Source of the DNA: an uncultured Clostridia bacterium
GTDB taxonomy: Bacteria; Bacillota; Clostridia; Lachnospirales; Lachnospiraceae
Direction: 5' to 3'
DNA length: 36,639 nt
Assembly (NCBI GenBank): GCA_945622055.1
Contig: CALZBV010000001.1
Span: forward strand, 1-36,639
The notes beneath the pieces are model-generated. The model was not told the origin of the DNA. It ran no database searches and saw nothing but the letters and a program-made list of their open reading frames with translations. How positions within the stretch are numbered: position 1 is the first letter of the stretch; every line of letters begins with the position of its first letter. Shown here piece after piece: positions 18,060 to 26,242 of the stretch. A program made the translations under genes and the position numbers.

Positions 18060-18294
18060 GATTGTTGTCCTTTCCGGATTTATCCAGTGAGAATCAGTTG
18101 AATCTGCTTTATAAAAACAGTATAGCAGAGTCTTGTTGTGACATCAAGTGGTTTATTAGGGATTCTTATGAAAGGCTTCATATATATTAATTTTATTTAT
18201 AAACGGGAAGATGCTATACTATATGCAGAAACCAATGAAACTGCCGGGCAACCGGTAAAGATGCCGAAGGCGTCGGAAAGGAATGGAAAAGAGT

Positions 18295-21200
18295 ATGGTT
18301 AGAAGAGTCTACTCCGAAAAGAAAGCAGAGTATGCTGTAAAGGCCGGTGAGCTTCTGAACGAGATTAAAGAATATCTCAACATTCAGACTGTGAATTCGG
18401 TTCGTGTTTTGATTCGTTATGATGTGGAAAACATCAGCGACGAGACGTTTGAGCGTGCACTTGGAACGGTTTTCTCCGAGCCGCCGGTTGATCAGGTTTA
18501 TGAGGAGCATTTCCCGGTTGCTTACAACAGTGAGATTTTCTCCGTAGAGTTCTTACCGGGTCAGTTCGACCAGAGAGCAGATTCCGCGGAGCAGTGTGTA
18601 AAGCTCCTGAATGAAAGCGAGGAGCCGGTAATTCGTTCCGCTACCACGTATGTACTGGGCGGTTCCTTGAATCCGGAGGAGCTTCTGGCGATTAAGAAAT
18701 ATTGTATTAATCCGGTAGATTCCAGAGAGGCTTCCGAAGAAAAGCCGGAGACCTTAAAGTCTGAATTTGCTGAGCCGGCGGATGTTGCTGTTTTTGATGG
18801 TTTTATGTCCATGCCGGAGGCAGAGCTTAAGGAGCTTTATTCCTCCCTGAATCTTGCCATGACGTTCCGTGATTTTGAACACATTCAGAATTATTTCAGA
18901 GATGACGAGAAACGTGATCCGTCCATGACGGAAATCCGCGTACTGGATACCTACTGGTCTGATCATTGTCGTCATACTACGTTCCTTACCGAGCTTACGG
19001 AGGTTGCCTTTGAGGAAGGCGAGTATGCGGCTCCGATTAAGGCATCCTATGATAAATATATTGCAGAGCGTGAGCTTCTTTACAAGGGAAGAGACGATAA
19101 GTTCATTTCTTTAATGGACCTTGCTCTTGTCGGAATGAAGAAGCTTCGCGCAGAGGGCAAGCTTGAGGATATGGAAGTATCCGATGAAATCAATGCCTGC
19201 TCCATTATCGTTCCGATTGAGATAACCAGACCGGACGGAACGAAGGAAACAGAGGAATGGTTGATTTTCTTCAAGAATGAAACCCACAATCACCCGACCG
19301 AAATCGAGCCATTCGGTGGTGCTGCTACCTGTCTTGGTGGCGCAATTCGTGACCCGTTGTCGGGACGTGGTTATGTATATCAGGCAATGCGTGTTACCGG
19401 TGCAGCAGACCCGACGCTTCCGATTGCGGAAACCTTAGAGGGCAAGCTGGCACAGAGAAAGCTTGTAACCGGAGCTGCTTCCGGTTACAGCTCCTACGGC
19501 AATCAGATTGGTCTTGCTACCGGTCTGGTAGATGAGATTTATCATCCGAATTATGTTGCAAAGCGTCTTGAGATTGGTGCTGTTATGGGTGCCGCTCCGA
19601 GAAAGAACGTAATTCGTGAGAATTCTGATCCGGGCGATATCATCATCTTAATGGGTGGCAGAACCGGACGTGACGGATGTGGCGGTGCTACCGGTTCTTC
19701 CAAGGCACATACCACTGAGTCCATTCATACCTGTGGTGCAGAGGTACAGAAGGGTAATGCGCCGACGGAACGTAAGCTGCAGAGACTGTTCCGCAGAGAA
19801 GAAGTTGCTCATATGATCAAAAAATGTAACGACTTTGGTGCAGGCGGTGTCTCCGTAGCCATCGGTGAGCTGGCTGACGGTCTTCGTGTGGAGCTTGACA
19901 AGGTTCCGAAGAAGTATGCCGGACTTGATGGTACGGAGCTTGCAATTTCCGAGTCCCAGGAGCGTATGGCAATCGTAGTTGACGCAAAGGATGTTGACCA
20001 GATGCTTGCTTACGCTGCAGAAGAGAACCTTGAGGCAGTTCCGGTTGCTGTAGTTACTGAGGAACCGCGTCTGGTACTCGTTTGGAGAGGTAAGGAAATT
20101 GTAAATATCAAGAGAGCATTTCTGGATACCAACGGGGCCCATCAGGAGGCAACCGCTGTGGTAGGCGTTCCGAAGAAGAGTGAGAGCTATTTCGGAACCG
20201 GTGCTGAGTATACCGCCTCCCGTATTACGAGAAAGACTGCAAAGGGCGAGACGGTGCTTTCCGGTAAGAAGGGAATCGAGGAGAAGTGGCTTTCCATGCT
20301 GGCTGACTTAAACGTCTGCTCCAAGAAGGGACTTGTGGAAATGTTCGACAGCTCCATCGGTGCAAATACCGTTACCATGCCATATGGCGGAAGGTATCAG
20401 ATGACTCCGGTACAGACCATGATTGCAAAGGTTCCGGTGCTGGAGGGTGAGAGTGATACCGTTACGATGATGAGCTATGGCTTTGATCCGTATCTTTCCA
20501 GCTGGAGCCCATATCACGGTGCTGTATATGCAGTAATTTCCTCTGTTGCAAAGATTGTTGCGGCAGGTGGTGACCATACGAAGATTCGTTTCACCTTCCA
20601 GGAATACTTCCGTCGTCTCGGAGCCGATCCGAAGCGTTGGGGTGAACCGCTTGCAGCTCTTCTCGGTGCATTCGAGGCACAGGTTCAGTTAGGACTTCCG
20701 TCGATTGGTGGTAAGGACTCCATGTCTGGTTCCTTCCAGAACATCGATGTACCGCCGACTCTGGTGTCTTTTGCAGTTGATGTTGCAAAGACCTCAGATG
20801 TTGTAACCGGGGAATTCAAGAAGCCTGGTAATGTCCTTGTGAAGTTTGAAATGAAGAAGGATGCTTATGAGCTCCCGGATTATCAGGCATTTTCGGAGCA
20901 GATGAGCAAAATTACCAAGCTTGCCCAGGCGCACAAGTTTGCTTCCATGTATGCACTTGGTGCAAAGGGTATCGCGGAGGCAGTCAGCAAGATGTCCTTT
21001 GGTAACCATTTCGGTGCGGTTATTTCCGATGCGGTAAGTGAAAGAGAGCTGTTTGCTCCGGCTTATGGTGATATTCTTGCAGAAGTAAGTAAGGATTCCT
21101 TAAGCGCATTAAATGAGAGCGGTCTGGAGTATATGTCTGTCGGTACCGTAACCGAGACTCCGGTATTTGTTTATAAGAATGAAAGTATTGCACTGGACGA

Positions 21201-22125
21201 TGCGTTAAGTGCATGGACCAATACGTTAGAAAAAGTATTCCCGACCCGTTCCGGTGTGAAGGAAGAAAAGATTGAGTACAAGCCGTTTGATGCGAAGACA
21301 ATTTACGTTGCAAAGAATAAGGTTGCAAGACCGCGCGTATTCATTCCGGTATTCCCGGGCACGAACTGCGAATACGACACGATGCGTTCCTTCCGTGCAG
21401 CAGGTGCTGATGTAAGCACGGTAGTATTTAAGAACCGGAATGAGCAGGACATCAGAGAGTCGGTTGAGGCGTTCGAAAAGGAAATCCGCAATGCACAGAT
21501 TCTTATGTTCCCGGGCGGCTTCTCCGCAGGTGACGAGCCGGACGGTTCCGGTAAGTTCATTGCTACCGCATTCCGCAATGAGAAGATTACGAATGCGGTC
21601 AATGACCTGTTAAAGCAGAGAGACGGACTTGTTCTTGGTATCTGCAACGGTTTCCAGGCAATCATTAAGCTTGGTCTGGTACCGTATGGGGAAGTAACAC
21701 CGCAGAAGGAGGACTCACCGACCCTTACGATGAACAACATCGGCCGTCATATTTCCAAGTCGGTTTATACGAAGGTTGTTACCAATAAGTCTCCGTGGTT
21801 AATGGAGGCAGAGCTTGGCGGCGTATACGCAATCCCGGCATCCCACGGGGAAGGTCGTTTCGTAGCGAGTAGGGAATGGATTGAAAAGCTTGCGGCAAAC
21901 GGACAGATTGCAACCCAGTACGTTGACCTTGCCGGTAATCCGACGATGGATGAAGATTTTAACCCGAACGGTTCCTACTTTGCAATCGAAGGTATCACAA
22001 GCCCGGACGGCAGAGTGCTCGGTAAGATGGCACACTCCGAGCGCCGTGGTGACTCCGTTGCAATCAATATCTACGGCAATCAGGATCAGAAGATTTTTGC
22101 TTCCGGTGTGAAGTACTTTAAGTAA
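18295..22125 (+). CDS. purL: phosphoribosylformylglycinamidine (FGAM) synthase, single-chain large form
   Basis: About 1276 aa. The C-terminus has the glutaminase triad context (GICNGFQ, HGEGRF) and the body has the AIR-synthase-like repeats. ATG 18295 (MVRRVYSEKK) matches usual N-termini better than ATG 18283. Confidence 0.92.
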   Translation: MVRRVYSEKKAEYAVKAGELLNEIKEYLNIQTVNSVRVLIRYDVENISDETFERALGTVFSEPPVDQVYEEHFPVAYNSEIFSVEFLPGQFDQRADSAEQCVKLLNESEEPVIRSATTYVLGGSLNPEELLAIKKYCINPVDSREASEEKPETLKSEFAEPADVAVFDGFMSMPEAELKELYSSLNLAMTFRDFEHIQNYFRDDEKRDPSMTEIRVLDTYWSDHCRHTTFLTELTEVAFEEGEYAAPIKASYDKYIAERELLYKGRDDKFISLMDLALVGMKKLRAEGKLEDMEVSDEINACSIIVPIEITRPDGTKETEEWLIFFKNETHNHPTEIEPFGGAATCLGGAIRDPLSGRGYVYQAMRVTGAADPTLPIAETLEGKLAQRKLVTGAASGYSSYGNQIGLATGLVDEIYHPNYVAKRLEIGAVMGAAPRKNVIRENSDPGDIIILMGGRTGRDGCGGATGSSKAHTTESIHTCGAEVQKGNAPTERKLQRLFRREEVAHMIKKCNDFGAGGVSVAIGELADGLRVELDKVPKKYAGLDGTELAISESQERMAIVVDAKDVDQMLAYAAEENLEAVPVAVVTEEPRLVLVWRGKEIVNIKRAFLDTNGAHQEATAVVGVPKKSESYFGTGAEYTASRITRKTAKGETVLSGKKGIEEKWLSMLADLNVCSKKGLVEMFDSSIGANTVTMPYGGRYQMTPVQTMIAKVPVLEGESDTVTMMSYGFDPYLSSWSPYHGAVYAVISSVAKIVAAGGDHTKIRFTFQEYFRRLGADPKRWGEPLAALLGAFEAQVQLGLPSIGGKDSMSGSFQNIDVPPTLVSFAVDVAKTSDVVTGEFKKPGNVLVKFEMKKDAYELPDYQAFSEQMSKITKLAQAHKFASMYALGAKGIAEAVSKMSFGNHFGAVISDAVSERELFAPAYGDILAEVSKDSLSALNESGLEYMSVGTVTETPVFVYKNESIALDDALSAWTNTLEKVFPTRSGVKEEKIEYKPFDAKTIYVAKNKVARPRVFIPVFPGTNCEYDTMRSFRAAGADVSTVVFKNRNEQDIRESVEAFEKEIRNAQILMFPGGFSAGDEPDGSGKFIATAFRNEKITNAVNDLLKQRDGLVLGICNGFQAIIKLGLVPYGEVTPQKEDSPTLTMNNIGRHISKSVYTKVVTNKSPWLMEAELGGVYAIPASHGEGRFVASREWIEKLAANGQIATQYVDLAGNPTMDEDFNPNGSYFAIEGITSPDGRVLGKMAHSERRGDSVAINIYGNQDQKIFASGVKYFK

Positions 22126-22157
22126 GACAGAATAAGTGACTAAGTAAGAAAAGATTT

Positions 22158-22198
22158 CCCCGTTCTCAGGCAGTAAGAGGTTTGAGGACGGGGTTTTT
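22158..22198 (+). terminator. intrinsic terminator of purL
   Basis: CCCCGTTCTC...GAGGACGGGG (10 bp with one G.U pair) followed by TTTTT. Confidence 0.8.
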
Positions 22199-22224
22199 CA
22201 TTTTCACATTGCTTTATAAAGACA

Positions 22225-22253
22225 TTGATTAAATTGCAGGAATTAAGTATAAT
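22225..22253 (+). promoter_or_regulatory. sigma-A promoter: TTGATT, 17-nt spacer, TATAAT
   Basis: -35 at 22225..22230 and -10 at 22248..22253. This leaves an A-rich 5' UTR of about 85 nt. Confidence 0.55.
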
Positions 22254-22344
22254 GGTAGCACCTGTGCAAGAAAGAAAATAGTGGCGGATGATTTTGTAAA
22301 AAAAGAATGAAAAGAAAGAAAAGAATGAAAAAAGGAGCACATAT

Positions 22345-23415
22345 ATGGTAGATAAGCTGAAAAAATGGGCAAATGAAATCTTTGTTGACGGATTATCCGG
22401 AATGGCAATGGGACTTTTTGCAACCCTGATTATCGGAACGATTATTCAGCAAATCGGGACACTAATCGGCGGCTCGGTCGGTGATTTTCTGTTTCAAATC
22501 GGAAAGCTGGCATCGGCTGTGACCGGGGCCGGTATCGGCGTAGGCGTGGCGATTAAGTTTAAGGAAAGTACCTTAGTGACGATTTCCGCAGCAACGGCAG
22601 GTATGGTAGGTGCATTTGCGTCGAAGCTGATTGCGGGAGCGGTAGTGAATGGTAGCGTGATTACCCTTGCGGGGCCGGGAGAGCCGTTAGGCGCATTTAT
22701 TGCGGCCTATGTCTGCATTCTGTTCGGACGGCTGGTTGCCGGAAAGACAAAGGTAGATATTCTGGTGACTCCGCTTGTTTCCATTCTGACCGGTTCTACG
22801 GTGGGGCTGCTTCTCGGCCCCCCGATTTCAAGCTTTATGACGTGGCTTGGTAGCATCATCAACTGGGGTACGGAGCAGCAGCCGTTTTTCATGGGCATCG
22901 TTGTTTCTGTCCTGATGGGTATGATTCTGACGCTGCCGATTAGCTCTGCGGCCCTGGGCGTATCGCTCGGACTTTCCGGTATTGCCGCCGGTGCGGCAAC
23001 GATTGGCTGCTGTGCCAATATGGTCGGATTTGCGGTGGCAAGCTACCGTGAGAATAAGATGGGCGGTCTTGTGGCACAGGGACTTGGAACCAGTATGCTT
23101 CAGGTGCCGAATATCGTGAGAAAACCGGTTATCTGGCTCCCGGCCATCCTTACCAGTGCCATCCTGGGACCGTTTTCAACGATGCTGTTCAAAATGACAA
23201 GTAACCCGGTTGGTTCCGGTATGGGAAGTGCCGGTCTTGTCGGCCAGATTATGACCTACCAGACGATGACCGAGGCCGGCTCGAGCCCGGCGGCAGTGCT
23301 TGTCTTAATTGTACTGTTCCAGTTTGCAGCACCGGGCGTACTTGCATTTCTGATTTCCGAGGTGATGCGCAAGGCCGGTTGGATTAAGTCGGGAGATATG
23401 AAACTGGAGGTGTAG
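22345..23415 (+). CDS. PTS EIIC-2-type polytopic membrane protein (PfoR-like)
   Basis: 356 aa, Gly/Ala-rich multi-TM protein. The N-terminus (FVDGLSGMAMGLFATLIIGTIIQQIG) matches my recollection of the PfoR / EIIC_2 family. No EIIA or EIIB partner is nearby. Confidence 0.55.
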   Translation: MVDKLKKWANEIFVDGLSGMAMGLFATLIIGTIIQQIGTLIGGSVGDFLFQIGKLASAVTGAGIGVGVAIKFKESTLVTISAATAGMVGAFASKLIAGAVVNGSVITLAGPGEPLGAFIAAYVCILFGRLVAGKTKVDILVTPLVSILTGSTVGLLLGPPISSFMTWLGSIINWGTEQQPFFMGIVVSVLMGMILTLPISSAALGVSLGLSGIAAGAATIGCCANMVGFAVASYRENKMGGLVAQGLGTSMLQVPNIVRKPVIWLPAILTSAILGPFSTMLFKMTSNPVGSGMGSAGLVGQIMTYQTMTEAGSSPAAVLVLIVLFQFAAPGVLAFLISEVMRKAGWIKSGDMKLEV

Positions 23416-23499
23416 AAAATATACACAAATCCGATTACCGGAAATGTTGATTCCGGATATGTTGTATACTGCTGATATCAAGTTACAAGGAGGATACTT

Positions 23500-24705
23500 A
23501 TGTCAGACGAAATCAAAGTCAAGAGAAACTCAGGAAAAATAAAAGTGGTTATCGCCGTCATGGCGGTAATCATAGTGGCACTTGCCGTTGCAGTCGTACT
23601 GCTCCTGCCAAAGGGCGGAACGGCAAAGAAGGTAGCAAAGCAGCTTTCGCTCGGAGCGAAGTATCTCTCGGAGCTTGAATATGAGCAGGCCATCGCAGCG
23701 TATGAGCTGGCCATCGAGATAGACCCGAAATGCGTGGATGCTTACCTCGAACTCGCAGATATCTACAGCGAGCTGGGCGAGTATGACAAGGCAGAGAAAA
23801 TCCTGAAAAAAGCAAAACGCGAAGTGGCTGAGGAGGAGGTTGCCCAAATCCGCCGGAAGCAGGAAAAGATAGAAAAGAAACGGGAAGAGGCAGAAGGAAC
23901 CCCAGAGCCGACAAAGGAGCCGAAGCCTACCGCAGAACCGGTGCAGACCCCGGAGCCAACCGCTACGCCTACTCCGGAGCCAACGGCTACTCCAACTCCT
24001 ACTCCGGAGCCAACCAAGTCGGTCGGAGGCCAGGTGACAATTACAGGAAGAACAGTGGAATTAGAAAATGCTGAGGTCGGTGACTATGTAACCTTCGGTA
24101 CCTACGAGCAGGACAATAACCTCGGCAACGGAGCCGAAGCCATCGAGTGGCTTGTATTAGACAAGCAGGACGGCAAGGTGCTGTTACTGAGTAAATACGC
24201 GCTGGATGCAAAACCATACAACGAAACAGATACAGCTGTCACTTGGGAAAACTGTACCCTCAGAAGCTGGCTAAACAGCGAGTTCTACCGTACCGCATTC
24301 AGTGAAAAGGAACGAAGCGCTATCGCAGAAACGCTGGTAAGAAATGCAGACAATCCGATGTATGGAACGGAGGGCGGAAATGATACGAGAGACAAGGTAT
24401 TCTTACTCAGTATCGGGGAAGCAACGACCTACTTTGATTCGGACCCGGATGCGTGCGACCCGGCAAGAAGAGCGAAGGTAACGGAGTATGCAAAGGCGCA
24501 GGGCGGTTTCGCATACAGCGAAGCAGAAGATGGATGGTATGGTACGACGGAGTATGACGGCAACGGCGAGTGGTGGCTGCGCTCGCCGGGCGTCGATAGT
24601 GGCAGCGTCGCGGGTGTCAACTACTATGGCTACGTCGGCCGTTACGGCGGCGATGTAGACTACGGCTCTTACGTCGTGCGGCCCGCTTTATGGATGGCGC
24701 CGTAA
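23500..24705 (+). CDS. membrane-anchored TPR / Pro-Thr-linker protein with a C-terminal ligand-binding domain carrying a DGR-type variable region
   Basis: N-terminal TM anchor (VVIAVMAVIIVALAVAVVLLL), a TPR-like segment, a PEPTATPT linker, then a domain with EWLVLD, LLSKYALD, CTLRSWLN, VFLLSIGEA, EWWLRSPG and VRPALW motifs. From memory this is the DUF6273-like family often used as DGR targets. Confidence 0.8.
   Translation: MSDEIKVKRNSGKIKVVIAVMAVIIVALAVAVVLLLPKGGTAKKVAKQLSLGAKYLSELEYEQAIAAYELAIEIDPKCVDAYLELADIYSELGEYDKAEKILKKAKREVAEEEVAQIRRKQEKIEKKREEAEGTPEPTKEPKPTAEPVQTPEPTATPTPEPTATPTPTPEPTKSVGGQVTITGRTVELENAEVGDYVTFGTYEQDNNLGNGAEAIEWLVLDKQDGKVLLLSKYALDAKPYNETDTAVTWENCTLRSWLNSEFYRTAFSEKERSAIAETLVRNADNPMYGTEGGNDTRDKVFLLSIGEATTYFDSDPDACDPARRAKVTEYAKAQGGFAYSEAEDGWYGTTEYDGNGEWWLRSPGVDSGSVAGVNYYGYVGRYGGDVDYGSYVVRPALWMAP
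23950..24015 (+). repeat. imperfect in-frame tandem repeat encoding the PEPTATPT linker (units start at 23950, 23974 and 24004)
   Basis: CCGGAGCCAAC recurs three times at spacings of 24 and 30 nt. Confidence 0.7.
24592..24675 (+). other. candidate DGR variable region (VR) core
   Basis: 28 consecutive codons between the conserved flanks EWWLRSPG and VRPALW. 19 end in C, 7 end in T and 2 are otherwise (GCG, GTA). They encode only V, D, S, G, A, N, Y and R, all reachable from AAC/AAT by adenine mutagenesis. Confidence 0.65.
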
Positions 24706-24730
24706 TCTGGCATCTGGAATCTGCCAATCT

Positions 24731-24752
24731 GCGAAAGGTGAAAGCCTTTTGC
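24731..24752 (+). other. stem-loop with a GAAA tetraloop 26 nt downstream of the VR gene stop
   Basis: GCGAAAGGU-GAAA-GCCUUUUGC, 9 bp including two G.U pairs. Two further small GC hairpins follow at 24760..24776 and 24786..24797. Confidence 0.5.
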
Positions 24753-24808
24753 AAATCAGGCGCGGCGGAGACGCGCAATCCCCGACGCCGTAAGGCGGCG
24801 AAAAAATT

Positions 24809-25174
24809 TTGGCAGGAAAGGAGGTGAGGAGCATCGCGAAGAAAGAAAGTGAGCTGATGGTGGTGACGAAGGCGAAGGATTTGTGTTCCTATGTGATGAA
24901 GATAACGGAACGCTCGCCAAAGCGGTTTCGTTTTACCTTCGTCAGCCGGTTACAGAATCTATCGTTAGACACGATAGAGAATATCTTTCGTGCCAATGAT
25001 TTGTTTGTCAGCAAGGGGGATGAAAGTGCGTTGGCTTTGCGGTTGGAATTTCAGCAAAGAGCACTAACCTCAGTCAGACTGCTTTCCTACTTTGCGTTAC
25101 TGGCAACAGAATCAGGCTGTCTGCTGACAAAACAGTATGAGCAGAATCCGATATTATTCACGATACATGGATGA
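24809..25174 (+). CDS. avd: Avd-like four-helix-bundle protein (DGR accessory variability determinant) with a non-native C-terminus
   Basis: The pattern TKAKDLCSYVMKITERSPKRFRFTFVSRLQNLSLDTIENIFRANDLF...LLTKQYEQ matches my recollection of Firmicutes/Bacteroidetes DGR Avd proteins. Homology stops at about 25144, and the last 9 codons are read out of frame from an RT fragment. The true start is uncertain (TTG 24809, GTG 24824 or ATG 24857). Confidence 0.65.
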   Translation: MAGKEVRSIAKKESELMVVTKAKDLCSYVMKITERSPKRFRFTFVSRLQNLSLDTIENIFRANDLFVSKGDESALALRLEFQQRALTSVRLLSYFALLATESGCLLTKQYEQNPILFTIHG

Positions 25175-25247
25175 CTGTATCCTTGTTCATGAGGATAAGC
25201 AATACTTAAAGCAGTGCCTATATAAGATGCGTGCATATGTTGAATAA
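25146..25247 (+). pseudogene. reverse-transcriptase fragment (motif C region only); DGR RT remnant
   Basis: The +2 frame relative to avd reads IRYYSRYMDDCILVHEDKQYLKQCLYKMRAYVE followed by a stop. This is the YxDD box plus the typical DK.YL helix. No RT motifs 1-4 lie upstream. A possible weak continuation in another frame (YENKTQV..TGLDSF, 25252..25308) follows. Confidence 0.7.
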
Positions 25248-25836
25248 GGTGTATGAAAACAAAACCCAGGTCACCTATGAGGTAACACAGACAGGGCTTG
25301 ACAGCTTTTCGCTTAAGGATTTTTCCGCACAGGCAGATGCAGGAACCGGAAAGCTGATGGAATTTATTGTAGATTCGGATGAAATCGGAGCAGAAACAGG
25401 ACAGTTCTTTTACAAGAACATGGATGGTCTGTTTGCGGAAAAAACCGGGTCAGGCAGCACAGGGGAGGACTCTGCAGGTGAAGCTTCCGGCACTTCCGAG
25501 GACAACACGCCGGTTTACACCGGCTCCGATAAATGTACCCACTGTAGCGGTACAGGAAAAACGAGAGAGGATTATGCGTGGTGTCACCGCACCGGAAAGA
25601 AGAACTGTCCGGACTGTAACGGGACGGGAAAGGAACGCTGTACCGGCTGTGGCGGCGACGGGAAAAACTGGGACTCGTTAAATGGAACATATTCTAAATG
25701 TTATAAGTGCTTTGGCAATGGTAAGATGACCTGCGATAAATGTCGAGGTACAGGTGATGTTAACTGTAACAGCTGTAATGGCAAGGGGTATAATCAGAAA
25801 ACCTGTACGTTTTGTTTCGGAACCGGAAAACAATGA
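25231..25836 (+). CDS. hypothetical protein with seven CxxCxGxG (DnaJ-CR-like zinc-finger) motifs; the N-terminus is possibly chimeric with RT debris
   Basis: Motifs CTHCSGTG, CPDCNGTG, CTGCGGDG, CYKCFGNG, CDKCRGTG, CNSCNGKG and CTFCFGTG lie in the last about 100 aa. No convincing SD precedes GTG 25231, ATG 25237 or ATG 25357. A strong terminator follows. Confidence 0.4.
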   Translation: MHMLNKVYENKTQVTYEVTQTGLDSFSLKDFSAQADAGTGKLMEFIVDSDEIGAETGQFFYKNMDGLFAEKTGSGSTGEDSAGEASGTSEDNTPVYTGSDKCTHCSGTGKTREDYAWCHRTGKKNCPDCNGTGKERCTGCGGDGKNWDSLNGTYSKCYKCFGNGKMTCDKCRGTGDVNCNSCNGKGYNQKTCTFCFGTGKQ

Positions 25837-25893
25837 TGCGCCGTTGAACGGTTACAAAATGATTTGCAATCCACGCGGTGAACCCGCGGAGCA

Positions 25894-25928
25894 GGAGCTA
25901 CTGTAGGTCTACAGTGGCTCCCTTTTTT
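25894..25928 (+). terminator. intrinsic terminator
   Basis: GGAGCTACTGTA...TACAGTGGCTCC (about 12 bp with one G.U pair) followed by CTTTTTT. Confidence 0.8.
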
Positions 25929-26242
25929 GAAATATTCACCAAATTCACTCCTGCTTTTTTGGTACATTTTTACAAACTTTTCATCCACATAAACAGTTCT
26001 CAAACCATTGATTTTAAAGGCTTTTCCGGTACCTTTTACTCTGTACACTTTTTTATTTTCCATTGCAAACACTCACTTTTTCTGCTACACTTTCTATACA
26101 GACAGTTCTAAGGAAGTGCTGATTAATTCAGTGCTTCCCAATAAATATTCAATTCTACGCTGTCTTCTTACGGCGGTTTCACGCCAAAGTTCCATTACTT
26201 TTTTGTTATATTGCAATTACGTTACTTGGGAGGAGGAATTAA

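Noticed and set aside
18180-18294. A possible purine, ZTP or PRPP-type riboswitch upstream of purL
   Set aside because: The likely promoter (TGcTATACT at about 18222) leaves only about 55-60 nt of leader. I could not find the purine three-way-junction core or the ZTP GGGUCGUGAC / CCGCCUGGGCA elements. There are only two 4-bp hairpins and no terminator.
22301-22351. An A-rich direct repeat AAAAGAATGAAAA(G/A) present twice (18-nt period), and an upstream ORF MKRKKRMKKGAHIW overlapping the pfoR-like start
   Set aside because: The sequence is low-complexity A-rich, there is no SD for the uORF, and there are only two copies. Chance or simple slippage is the most likely explanation. It is not CRISPR-like.
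25794-26072. Minus-strand 92-aa ORF (MFAMENKKVYRVKGTGKAFKINGL...)
   Set aside because: It reads through the plus-strand terminator hairpin (25894..25928) and overlaps the 3' end of the Cys-rich ORF antisense. It has no good SD and I recognise no family. The first ~50 codons could still be a real small gene, so this is a weak rejection.
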